Positions 10,975 through 22,063 of a stretch of DNA of 29,188 nucleotides are shown here, in pieces (within the stretch, counting starts at the first letter, position 1; each line of letters begins with the position of its first letter). The notes beneath the pieces are model-generated. The model worked only from the letters and a program-made list of their open reading frames with translations. It had not been told where the DNA came from and ran no database searches. Source of the stretch: Octopus sinensis. Its lineage: Eukaryota. The stretch is taken from positions 1 to 29,188 of the forward strand of contig NW_021832117.1 of NCBI RefSeq assembly GCF_006345805.1, written 5' to 3'. The position numbers were made by a program, and so were the translations under genes.

Positions 10975-11287
10975 TGTTTTATTCTTTTATATGTTTCAGT
11001 CCAATGACTGTGGCCATGCTGGAGCACCGCCATTGTAATCATCTTTCCACTTTCCACCTTTGTTGGAGCGGCTTTTGGTGAAGGACGGACTCCGATGCTA
11101 CTGCCCTCTTTTGATTTTCTTGCTTAGATATTGGCTCATCCGGGATCTCGGCGAGCCAGAGATCAAGTTCACGTTTGAAAACGTCTCATCCACTCGATGG
11201 AGGCTCCTCAGATGCTTCGGCAGACAGTTAAACAGCTGTGGGCCCCCGAAACCCAAGCTATTGCAGTACATCGTCGTTGCCCGAGAT
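10975..11287 (-). mobile_element. CR1/L2-type LINE 3' remnant: ORF2 C-terminus with one frameshift, plus 3' UTR
   Basis: Minus-strand translation YCNSLGFGGPQLFNCLPKHLRSL / FKRELDLWLAEIPDEP...RAVASESVLHQ...* with a frameshift near 11186 and TGA at 11041-11039. It resembles the NSL.F.GP.LFN.LP..LR...FK..LD..L..PDEP pattern at the end of CR1/L2-group ORF2. Confidence 0.75.
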
Positions 11288-11424
11288 GTGTGTATGTGTG
11301 TCTACGTGTGGGGTTGTGTGTGTGGAGTAACTATACTTTACTCTGTGTATGTGTGCGTGTGTGCGAGCGTGTGTATGTGTATGTGCGTGTAGTTGAGTGT
11401 GCATGTATGTGTGCGTGTATATGT

Positions 11425-14400
11425 ATGCATGTATGTATGTATGAATGCATGCATGCATGCATGTATGTATGTATGCATGTATGTATGTATGTATGTATGT
11501 ATGTATGTATGTATGTATGTATGCATGCATGCTGCTGCATGTATGTATTATGTGTGTATGCATGCATGCATGCATGTATGTATCTATGTATGTACGTATG
11601 TATGCATGTATGTATGTATGTATGTATGTATGCATGCATGCATGTATGTATGTATGTATGTATGTATGTATGCATGCATGCATGCATGCATCATTATGTA
11701 TGTATGTATGTATGTATGTATGTATGTATGTATGTATGTATGTATGTATGTATGTATGTATGCATGCATGTATGTATATATGTATGTATGTATGCATGCA
11801 TGCATGCATGTATGTATGTATGTATGTATGTATGCATGCATGCATGCATGCATGTATGTATCTATGTATGTATGTATGTATGCATGTATGTATGTATGTA
11901 TGTATGTATGTATGTATGTATGTATGTATGCATGCATGTATGTATGTATGTATGTATGTATGTATGTATGTATGTATGTATGTATGTATGTATGTATGTA
12001 TGCATGCATGCATGTATGTATGTATGTATGCATGCATGCATGCATGTATGTATGTATGTATGTATGTATGCATGCATGCATGCATGCATGTATGTATGTA
12101 TGTATGTCATGTATGTATGTATGTATGTATGTATGTATGCATGCATGTATGTATGTATGTATGTATGTATGCATGCATGCATGCATGTATGTATGTATGT
12201 ATGTATGTATGTATGTATGTATGTATGTATGTATGTATGCATGCATGCATGCATGCATGTATGTATGTATGTATGTATGTATGCATGCATGCATGTATGT
12301 CTGTATGTATGTATGTATGTGATGCATGCATGTATGTATGTATGTATGTATGTATGTATGCATGCATGCATGTATGTATGTATGTATGTAATGTTGTTAT
12401 GTATGTATGTATGCATGCATGCATGCATGCATGTATGTATGTATGTGTGTATGCATGCATGCATGCATGTATGTATCTATGTATGTACGTATGTATGCAT
12501 GTATGTATGTATGTATGTATGTATGTATGCATGCATGCATGTATGTATGTATGTATGTATGTATGTATGCATGCATGCATGCATGCATGCATGTATGTAT
12601 GTATGTATGTATGTATGTATGTATGTATGTATGTATGTATGTATGCATGCATGTATGTATATATGTATGTATGTATGCCATGCATGCATGCATGTATGTA
12701 TGTATGTATGTTGATATGTATGCATGCATGCATGCATGCATGTATGTATCTATGTATGTATGTATGTATGTATGTATGTATGTATGCATGCATGTATGTA
12801 TGTATGTATGTATGTATGTATGTATGTATGTATGTATGCATGCATGCATGCATGTATGTATGTATGCATGCATGCATGCATGTATGTATGTATGTATGTA
12901 TGTATGCATGCATGCATGCATGCATGTATGTATGTATGTATGCATGTATGTATGTATGTATGTATGTATGTATGCATGCATGTATGTATGTATGTAGGTA
13001 TGTATGCATGCATGCATGCATGTATGTATGTATGTATGTATGTATGCAAGCATGTATGTATGTATGTATGTATGTATGCATGCATGCATGCATGTATGTA
13101 TGTATGTATGTATGTATGTATGCATTCATGCATGTATGTATGTATGTATGTATGTATGTATGCATACATGTATGTATGTATGTATGTATGTATGTATGTA
13201 TGTATGCATGCATGCATGCATGTATGTATGTATGTATGTATGTATGCATGCATGTATGTATGTATGTATGTATGTATGTATGTATGTATGTATGTATGTA
13301 TGTATGCATGCATGTATGTATATATGTATGTATGTATGCATGCATGCATGCATGTATGTATGTATGTATGTATGTATGTATGCATGCATGCATGCATGCA
13401 TGTATGTATCTATGTATGTATGTATCTATGCATGTATGTATGTATGTATGTATGTATGTATGCATGCATGCATGTATGTATGTATGTATGTGTATGTATG
13501 TATGTATGCATGCATGCATGTATGTATGTATGTATGCATGCATGCATGCATGTATGTATGTATGTATGTATGTATGCATGCATGCATGCATGCATGTATG
13601 TATGTATGTATGTATGCATGTATGTATGTATGTACGTATGTATGCATGCATGTATGTATGTATGTATGTATGCATGCATGCATGCATGTATGTATGTATG
13701 TATGTATGTATGTATGCATGCATGCATGCATGCATGTATGTATGTATGTATGTATGCATGTATGTATGTATGTATGTATGTATGCATGCATGTATGTATG
13801 TATGCATGTATTTATGCATGCATGCATGCATGTATGTATGTATGTATGTATGTATGTATGCATGCATGCATGTATGTATGTATGTATGTATGTATGTATG
13901 CATGCATGCATGTATGTATGTATGTATGTATGTATGTATGTATGTATGTATGCATGCATGCATGCATGTATGTATGTATGTATGTATGTATGCATGCATG
14001 TATGTATGTATGTGTGTATGCATGCATGCATGCATGTATGTATGTATGTATGTATGTATGTATGTATGAATGCATGCATGCATGCATGTATGTATGTATG
14101 TAGTATGTATGCATGCATGTATGTATGTATGTATGTATGTATGCATGCATGCATGTATGTATGTATGTATGTATGTATGTATGTATGTATGTATGCATGC
14201 ATGCATGGATGCATGTATGTATGTATGCATGTATGTATGTATGTATGTATGCATGCATGCATGCATGTATGTATGTATGTATGTATGTATGCATGCATGC
14301 ATGTATGTATGTATGCATGTATGTATGTATGTATGCATGCATGCATGGATGCATGTATGTATGTATGTATGTATGTATGTATGAATGCATGCATGCATGC

Positions 14401-15209
14401 ATGTATGTATGTATGCATATATGTATGTATGTATGTATGTATGTAGGTATGTATGTATGTATGCATGTATGTATGCATGCATGTATGTATGTATTGTATG
14501 CATGTGTATGTATGTATGTATGTATGTATGTATGCATGCATGCATGGATGCATGTATGTATGTATGTATGTATGTATGTATGAATGCATGCATGCATGCA
14601 TGTATGTATGTATGCATATATGTATGTATGTATGTATGTATGCATGCATGCATGTATGTATGTATGCATGTATGTATGTATGCATGCATGCATGGATGCA
14701 TGCATGTATGTATGTATGTATGTATGTATGTATGCATGCATGCATGCATGCATGTATGTATGTATGCATGTATGTATGCATGCATGTATGTATGTATGTA
14801 TGTATGTATGCATGTATGTATGTATGTATGTATGTATGTATGCATGCATGCATGGATGCATGTATGTATGTATGCATGTATGTATGTATGTATGCATGTA
14901 TGTATGTATGTATGTATGCATGTATGTATGCATGTATGCATGCATGCATGCATATATATATGTATGCATGCATGCATGGATGCATGTATGTATGTATGTA
15001 TGTATGTATGTATGTATGTATGAATGCATGCATGTATGCATGCATGTATGCATGCATGTATGTATGTATGTATGCATGCATGCATGGATTCATGTATGTA
15101 TGCATGCATGCATGCATGCATGCATATATGTATGTATGTATGTATGCATGCATGCATGTATGTATGTATGTATGTGTGTATGTATGTATGTATGTATGTA
15201 TGTATGCAT
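11425..15209. repeat. 3.8 kb compound (ATGT)n/(ATGC)n tetranucleotide satellite
   Basis: Direct reading. It is the source of all the YVCM and HTYI ORFs. Confidence 0.97.
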
Positions 15210-15361
15210 ATTGTAAGAAGTGAATGTTCCTCGCAAGACTCAAGTTTCACGCACGTGCGATCTTCAGGTGACACCTATATATTATTACCTAGAATATCGT
15301 CAGGCATTCACAGCCCTCTACCAGTCGGGCAATGAAATCGGTGGATGTTCCATCGCCTTGA

Positions 15362-15535
15362 CCTTCGAAACGTGGAGTAGATGAAACTAAGGCGACTGAA
15401 GAAGGGGGAATATTCCTTGTTTGTATGTCCTGTCTCTATTTTTCGTTGTTTAAAATTAATGTCCATTTCCTTGTTTTGTGTTTATGTGTTTCGTTTCTCA
15501 TTGTGTTCGACGTTTTTTGGTGTCTGTACCCATAT
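15362..15535 (+). mobile_element. Family D repeat fragment
   Basis: TTCGAAACGTGGAGTAGATGAAAC..GACTGAAGAAGGG, ending CTGTACCCATATA as at 26723. Confidence 0.7.
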
Positions 15536-15621
15536 AGCATGTATATATACATGTAGAGGTAGGTACGTACATATATGTATGATATATGCATATGTTTTAT
15601 TTATAATTTATTATTATATTA

Positions 15622-16006
15622 TCACTTCACTTCACTTTGACCGAACAGTCCGTCAGGTCACAGCACGCTGTCCACTCCTCTCTGGATCGCGCCTTTCTCA
15701 TCCACGTGATCCCAACGTCCTCTTGAAATCGTCACTCCACCGTCGTGCTTAACGTGCGTCCACCGATTATCGGTGAGCAGGGCGACGTGTCCAGCCCATC
15801 TATACTTGCTGCGAGTATACTCCTCGATGACATCTCTCACGCCGGACTTCTTTCTGATGATGTTGCTATTTATGTGCTCTCTCAACGAGATACCAAGCAT
15901 TGACCTTTCCATGGCTCTTTGAACCGTTATCAGTCTTTGCTCTTCTCTCTTTGTGGTAACCCATATTTCACAACCATATAACATTGCAGGCAGAACTGCA
16001 CTGTTA
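15622..16006 (-). mobile_element. RTE-clade LINE 3' remnant with (AAGTG)n tail
   Basis: Translation NSAVLPAMLYGCEIW...QRAMERSMLGISL...IRKKSGVRDVIEEY..SKYRWAGHVA.LTDNRW, then in shifted frames RRWSDD and WMRKARSREEW, typical of the RTE ORF C-terminus. Tail TCACTTCACTTCACTT on the + strand at 15622-15638. Confidence 0.85.
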
Positions 16007-16385
16007 ACGATAAGCGCAGAAGCGTGAAACTCGGATCTCGAGAGGAACGTTCGTTCCGACAATATGTGTGTGAGTGTGTATACATACATATATAATATAT
16101 ATATATGTATATATATATGTGTGTATATATATATATTTATATATGTATGTATATATGCATATATATATAAATGTGTATGTATATATATATGTATACATGT
16201 ATGTATATATATATATATAATATATGTATGTATGTATAAATATGTCTCTTCCTTTTCATTGTACACTGTGTATACTTACCTTTTCTTTATCTCTTTTCTT
16301 ACCATTTCCTTATATGTAACCCCGTCTTACACTTTAAGCTTGTTTTTGTATCGTCTCCCCTCATCCTTCGCCCTGGCGGCAAATG

Positions 16386-16425
<40 letters not shown>

Positions 16426-16433
16426 TATTATTA

Positions 16434-16476
<43 letters not shown>

Positions 16477-16672
16477 GAGTGAGAGAGCAGTGCATGCCAT
16501 CAAAGTGACACTGGGGTAAAAATATACAAAGCCCAATATACCCATCATGACTATTATTTCGCTTAGATGTAGCGATACTAATTGGTGTAATAATGTGTGT
16601 GCGTGAGCGCGCGCGCATGTAGATACCTACACATGCTTATTATATACATATTATATACATACGTATATAATA

Positions 16673-16715
<43 letters not shown>

Positions 16716-16722
16716 CATACAC

Positions 16723-16771
<49 letters not shown>

Positions 16772-16838
16772 TACATATATACATACATATATATATATAT
16801 ATACACAGACACACACACACACACACACCACACATATC

Positions 16839-16890
<52 letters not shown>

Positions 16891-16962
16891 TACACACACA
16901 CATATTGTCGGAACGAACGTTCCTCTCGAGATCCGAGTTTCACGCTTCTGTGCTTATCGTTA
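16005..16962. mobile_element. Inverted-repeat-bounded segment (MITE-like, or two inverted copies of a small element)
   Basis: 16005-16066 and 16899-16962 are reverse complements with one mismatch over about 60 bp. Both begin at TA and run inward into TG/TA microsatellites. Confidence 0.65.
16388..16555 (-). repeat. (CAT)n(TAT)n array adjoining a possible retroposon 3' end
   Basis: The microsatellite is read directly. The adjacent 80 bp would end in an (AAT)n tail on the minus strand, but there is no second copy in the window. Confidence 0.4.
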
Positions 16963-17084
16963 GCCACCATATTAAGAAACCAGAAGTGAAGAATACAATG
17001 GATAATGTAATCAAAGATTACACAGCGTCTACAAATAAGATTGGGTGGTCGTGGGTGGAACGTCTTTCATCTCGGTCTGCGAGA

Positions 17085-17315
17085 AGGCGGTGAGCTGGCA
17101 GAAACGTTAGCACGCCGAGCGAAATGCGTAGCCGTATTTCGTCTGCCGTTACGTTCTGAGTTCAAATTCCGCGAGGTCGACTTTGCCTTTCATCCTTTTG
17201 GGTTCGATTAAATAAGTACCAGTTACGCACTGGGGTCGATATAATCGACTTAATCCGTTTGTCTGTCCTTGTTTGTCCTCTCTGTATTTAGCCCCTTGTG
17301 GGTAGTAAAGAAATA
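17085..17315 (+). mobile_element. tRNA-derived SINE family B
   Basis: Head GGCGGTGAGCTGGCAG with B-box GAGTTCAAATTCC, then GAGGTCGACTTTGCCTTTCATCC...AATAAGTACCAG...CTGGGGTCGAT. Several homologues in the window. Confidence 0.85.
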
Positions 17316-17352
17316 GGTATTTCGTCTGTTTTTGCGTTCTGAGTTCAAATTC

Positions 17353-17392
<40 letters not shown>

Positions 17393-17530
17393 CACATATA
17401 TACATATATACATATATACGTTCTGAGTTCAAATTCCACCTGAGCCCTGGGGTGGATGTTATTGGCCTACCACCTCAGCCGAAATTACAGGCCTTGTACC
17501 AAAATTTGAAACCGCTGTTTCACTTAGCAA

Positions 17531-17740
17531 AGGCAGCGAGATGGCAGACACGTTAGCGCACCGGGCAAAATGCTTAGCGGCTGTTTGTCCGTTTTGCGTT
17601 CCAAGTTCGAATTCCGCCGAGGTCGACTTCGCATTTTATCCTTTCAGAATCGATAAAATAAGTACCAGTTGAGCACTGGGGTCGATGTAATTGACTTAAC
17701 CTCACCTCAGAAATTGCTGGCCTTGTGCCAAAAAAGAAAT
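17531..17740 (+). mobile_element. SINE family B
   Basis: Homologous to 17085-17260, with a different tail (GGCCTTGTGCCAAAA). Confidence 0.85.
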
Positions 17741-17804
17741 CATTTATAAGTCCGCCAAAACAAAATAAATAACAGCAACGTACCCTGTCACTTACTCTCT
17801 GCCA

Positions 17805-18293
17805 CCCTCAACACCTCCCTCCCTCATTCTCTCTCTCTCCTCTCTCTCCCTCTCACTTATACTACATCGTGCTCAGCCCCACCTCCTTCCATCTCTCTAC
17901 TCACCCCACCTTTTTCTGCTCTTCACTCTCTCTCTTCTTCTTAATTCCTCTCGTCTCTGTTTCCTTCATTCATTCCTTGTCTATCTTTTGCCCTTCTTTC
18001 TTCCTCTTTCGCTTTTTCCATTAACTCTTTCCATCCCTCTCTCTTTATATTCTCCTCTCTCTTTCCCTCTTTCATCCCCCCTCTCTGTCTGTCTATCTGT
18101 CTGTCGCGCTCTCTCTCTCTCTCTTTCTCTGTCTCTCTCTGTCCCTCTCTTTCTCTGTCTCTCTTTCTCTCTCTTTTTCTCTCTCTCTTTCTCTGTCTCT
18201 CTCTCTGTCCCTCTCTTTCTCTCTGTCTCTCTCTCTCTTTCTCTGTTTCTCTCTGTCCCTCTCTTTCTCTCTGTCTCTCTCTCTCTCTTTCTC

Positions 18294-18330
<37 letters not shown>

Positions 18331-18670
18331 TACTACATCTCATTCAGGCCATCACCCTTCATTTCTAGACTCTCACCTCATCTCTCTCATCCTCTCTCTC
18401 TCTCTTCCATTCTCTCTCCCCCCTTTCCGTCTCACCATTTGACAACTCCTCCATTTCTCTTCCACACGTCTATCATTCTCCCCACCCAACCCCGGTCTGC
18501 TCTGACTCCCCCTCTGTCTCCCTCTTTCTCTCCCCTCTCTCCCCTTCCTCTCCCTCTCCCCTGCCTCACAATTTGACAACCCCCTCCATTTCTCCCCCTC
18601 ACAATTATCATTCCCCCACCCTCTCTCCCTCACACACCCATCTTCCATAACACACCTCCCCTCCTCCTTA
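17805..18670. repeat. Pyrimidine-rich (CT)n low-complexity tract
   Basis: Direct reading of the sequence. Confidence 0.9.
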
Positions 18671-18863
18671 GCCCCATCCCCTCATGCGCCCTTTGACCTT
18701 TATCACAACCAACGTAAAAGCTGGTGTAGTCAACGGCTACACTCATCCCCCCACTCACCCTTAAGTACCACTCACACTTGACACAGATTATAGAAAACGC
18801 GACGACTCTTCACTCGTCATACTTTGCTTTTATTGTTCTGGTTATTGTTGCTGTCGTAGCTTT

Positions 18864-18874
<11 letters not shown>

Positions 18875-18898
<24 letters not shown>

Positions 18899-19208
18899 CT
18901 TGTTTCAGTCATTAGCCTGCGGCCATGCTGAAGCAGCGCCTTGAAGAATTTTCAGTCGAATGAATCGACTCCCCAGGACGTAAACACACCAACATCGGTA
19001 GTCAAGCGATGTTGGTGGTGGTGGGGGGACAAAAACACACACACACCACACACACACACACACACATATATATACGATGGGCTTCTTTCAGTTTCCGTCT
19101 GCTAAATCCACTCACAAAGCTTTAGTCGACCCGAGGCTATACTAGAAGACAAGTGGAACTCAACCCGGAACCATGTGGTAAGCAAGCTACTCACCACACA
19201 GCCACTGC
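18875..19208 (-). mobile_element. SINE family A with internal deletions
   Basis: Tail GCGGCCATGCTGAAGCAGCGCC after (TTTA)n on the + strand; head ends CCACACAGCCAC. Confidence 0.85.
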
Positions 19209-19280
19209 CGAACCGCTAAGTTATGGGGACGTAAACATACCAACGCCGGTTGTCACGTAGTGGTGGGGGACAAACACAAG
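19206..19280 (-). mobile_element. SINE family A internal fragment
   Basis: GCCGAACCGCTAAGTTATGGGGACGTAAAC matches the A body. Confidence 0.8.
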
Positions 19281-19558
19281 CGCAAAGACACCTGCACACA
19301 CATACACACACATACACACATTACATGCACACGCAAGTAAGCAAAACAAGGTGGATAAAATAGTACTCGAATACCAAAGGTAGAGTAATATGCATTTATT
19401 AGAGCTGCAAAATTTTAACAAAACTGTTAATCAGCGTTTCACGTTTCCGTTCATCAGAACTGCCGACGAACGGTAACGCGAAACTCTGAGTAACAGTTTT
19501 GCGAAAAGTTTGCAGCTTCAGTAAAAGTACATACATACATACATATATGCATACATAC

Positions 19559-19910
19559 AGGCGCAGGAGTGGCTGTGTGGTGAGTAGCTTGCTTACCACA
19601 TGGTTCTGGGTTGAGTCCCACTTGTCTTCTACTATAGCATCGGGCCAACCAAAGCCCTGTGAGTGGATTTGGCAGGCGGAAACTGAAAGAAACCCATCGT
19701 ATATATATATGTATGTGTGTGTGTGTGTGTGTGTTCTGTGTCTGTGTTTGTCCCCCCAGCATCGCTTGACAACCGATGTTGGTGTATTTACGTCCCCGTA
19801 ACTTAGAGGTTCGGCAAAAGAGACCGATAGAATAAGTGCTCGGCATCCAAAGAATAAGTCCTGGGGTCAATATGCTCGACTAAATGACTGAAAGAGATAA
19901 AAGAATAAAA
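19559..19910 (+). mobile_element. SINE family A on the plus strand, two internal deletions
   Basis: Starts AGGCGCAGGAGTGGCTGTGTGG, ends TGACTGAAAGAGATAAAAGAATAAAA, and lacks the GGCGGTGCTCCAGCATGGCC segment. Confidence 0.9.
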
Positions 19911-19927
19911 CGAATATGAATACACGG

Positions 19928-20072
19928 CGGGCTTCTTTCAGTTTCCGTCCACCAAATCCACTCAAAAGGCTTTGGTCGGCCCGAGGCTATAGCAGAAGAC
20001 ACTTGCCCAAGGTGCCACGCAGTGGGACTGAACCCGAAGCTAGCTTCTTACCACACAGCCACGCCTGCATAC
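19928..20072 (-). mobile_element. SINE family A, head half
   Basis: GGGCTTCTTTCAGTTTCCG...GTGGGACTGAACCC...CCACACAGCCAC. Confidence 0.85.
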
Positions 20073-20313
20073 TGCTGTTGTTGAATCCGCTCTTAACTAC
20101 ATTGTCTTAACTTTTAGGAAAGTTTGGATGAGTTCGGAGAAATTAGTCCTCTCAATAAAATTAATAGACGTTATATTTCCGTGTTCTTTTCTCTCTTGTT
20201 TATTGTATATTATCATACTCATATACACGCGCACAATCGTTAGTTTTCGGCCATGTACTTTTTTCCAGATTCTATGATACTTCCTCCTTTTCCTCCACTC
20301 TGAACTTTTCCCT

Positions 20314-20345
20314 CTTTCTGACGAAGAGCCGTGTTCGAAACGTCA
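20314..20345 (+). ncRNA. Minimal hammerhead-like core, stem I disrupted
   Basis: cttt-CTGACGA-A-GAGC-cgt-GTTC-GAAAC-GTC. Core bases are intact, there is no stem III loop, and the 3' strand of stem I is interrupted. Confidence 0.45.
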
Positions 20346-20414
20346 TTTCAGAGTCGAGCGTACAATTTCCTGTAAGTTAGAGCGTCTCATGGTCCCAGCA
20401 GACAAAATGGAAAA

Positions 20415-20615
20415 AAGCGTTGCCCCTGGGGCAAAATCCTTTGCGGTATTTGCTCTGGCTCTTTATTTCGAGTTCAAATCCCGTTGAGGACAACTTCGCT
20501 TTTCACCTTTCCGAGCTCGATGAAATAAAGTACCAGTAAAGCACTAGATTCGTTGGTATCGACAAGTCCCTTTCCCCTCAAAATTGCAGACATTTTGCCT
20601 AAATCAGAAACAATT
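20415..20615 (+). mobile_element. SINE family B, diverged
   Basis: GAGTTCAAATCCC..GAGGACAACTTCGCTTTTCACC..AAATAAAGTACCAG. Confidence 0.65.
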
Positions 20616-20627
20616 ATTAATATTGTG

Positions 20628-20780
20628 GTTAGACAGAATCGTTAGAACATCGGACAAAATGCCCGACGGTATTTCTTCCGATTCTATGCATTCTGAGTTC
20701 AAATCCTGCCGAGGTTAACTTTGTCTTTCGTTCTCTTGAGATCGATAAAATAAAGTACCAATCAAATAAGGGAGTCGAGA
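20628..20780 (+). mobile_element. SINE family B, diverged
   Basis: TTCTGAGTTCAAATCCTGCCGAGGTTAACTTTG..GATAAAATAAAGTACCA. Confidence 0.75.
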
Positions 20781-21634
20781 GATAAGCGCAAAGTGACGAA
20801 ACCATTCCGCGCGCACCTCGGACAGGTCGAGTTGACAGCACTGTGGTGCCCGTAGAGTTTATTTCGAACGGACAATATCCCCTACTATCTCTATTACTCA
20901 CTAGCACTGCAAGGCCAGAGATTTCTGGAAATTGTTAATGAGGTCCCCACCTGAAAGTCCTCTGGAACAGAACAACCAGTTGATGATCTTCATCAACACT
21001 GAAAATGGAAAATATTTCAAAGACGGTTTACAATTTGTCCGATGAGGGACGGTTACAAAAAAAGATGAAGCGAAAGAAAGGGATGGTGAAATGAGATAAA
21101 ACCATACATAGTATAAAAAGTATGTGAACACATCTATGATGCAAGAGGAACTCCAGCTTGGGCCAATCAAGGGACTCCACAGCACCAAGATCATCTTGAC
21201 CATCAAAGGCACAAGCCCTCGCTCAACTGTTGTTCTCTAATCTACAGACGCGTGCTTAGAATAAGTGCATTCACCCAAACTATTATTGCCACAGTCACTC
21301 ATCTTTTCACAAATTCACCGGGAGAGAACAATTATCTCTCCAACTTCACTTTTCAAGTAGAACTTTAAAAAGATCGATGAGGATTGACCGAAGAGGAAAG
21401 TGTCTTTCTTCAATAATTTCAGCCTCGTCCATGGCACAGCCTCTTTCGCCAGAACAACAAGGCAGTACCCGAATAGTTAGGGTACTATGTTTGTTTTTCG
21501 TTTTGTTTTGTTTTTGTTCAGAGACAGAAAGAGAGAAAATATTAAAAAAAGTTAGAGAACCCTTTTCTCCCCACCTTCATTTTCTGAGTAGAACTTAAGA
21601 AAAGAAACCAAAAAAACCCCAAAAAACAATAGCG

Positions 21635-21824
21635 TTTTCAAATATTAGTACAAGGCCGGAAATTTTTAAGCGTAAGCTTTTAGTCGATTACACTGACTCC
21701 AATACATAACTAGTACTGGAAAGCAAAGTTGATCTTGGTGGGGTTTGGAGTCATTGTAAAGAACCCTAAGAAATGCAGCTAAGCATTTTGTCCGACGCGC
21801 TAACGATCCGGCCATTTTGTCGCC

Positions 21825-21828
<4 letters not shown>
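21635..21828 (-). mobile_element. SINE family B, strongly diverged
   Basis: GCTAAGCATTTTGTCCGACGCGCTAACG and TACAAGGCC..AAATTT match the reverse complement of the B copies. Confidence 0.6.
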
Positions 21829-21865
<37 letters not shown>

Positions 21866-21868
<3 letters not shown>

Positions 21869-22063
21869 CGTTTCTATTATAGGCACAAGGCCTGAAATTT
21901 TGGGAGAGAGGATAAGTCGATTACGTCGACCCCAGTGCGTAACTGGTAATTATTTTATCGAATCCAAAAGGATGAACGGTAAAGTCGACCTCGGCAGAAT
22001 TTGAACTCAGAGCGTAAGGTCGGACGAAATGCCACAAAGCATTTTGTCCGGCACGGTGATGAT
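21866..22063 (-). mobile_element. SINE family B with an (AAT)n tail
   Basis: GTCGACCCCAGTGCGTAACTGGT..AAAGTCGACCTCGGCAGAATTTGAACTCAGA; (AAT)n at 21827-21867. Confidence 0.85.

Noticed and set aside
11197-15274. ORFs of up to 1055 aa (YVCM and HTYI repeats)
   Set aside because: They are translations of a stop-free ATGT/ATGC satellite, open in nearly all frames, with no coding evidence.
19559-19625. tRNA genes
   Set aside because: The A/B-box heads are SINE 5' ends with no complete cloverleaf, and they continue into SINE bodies.
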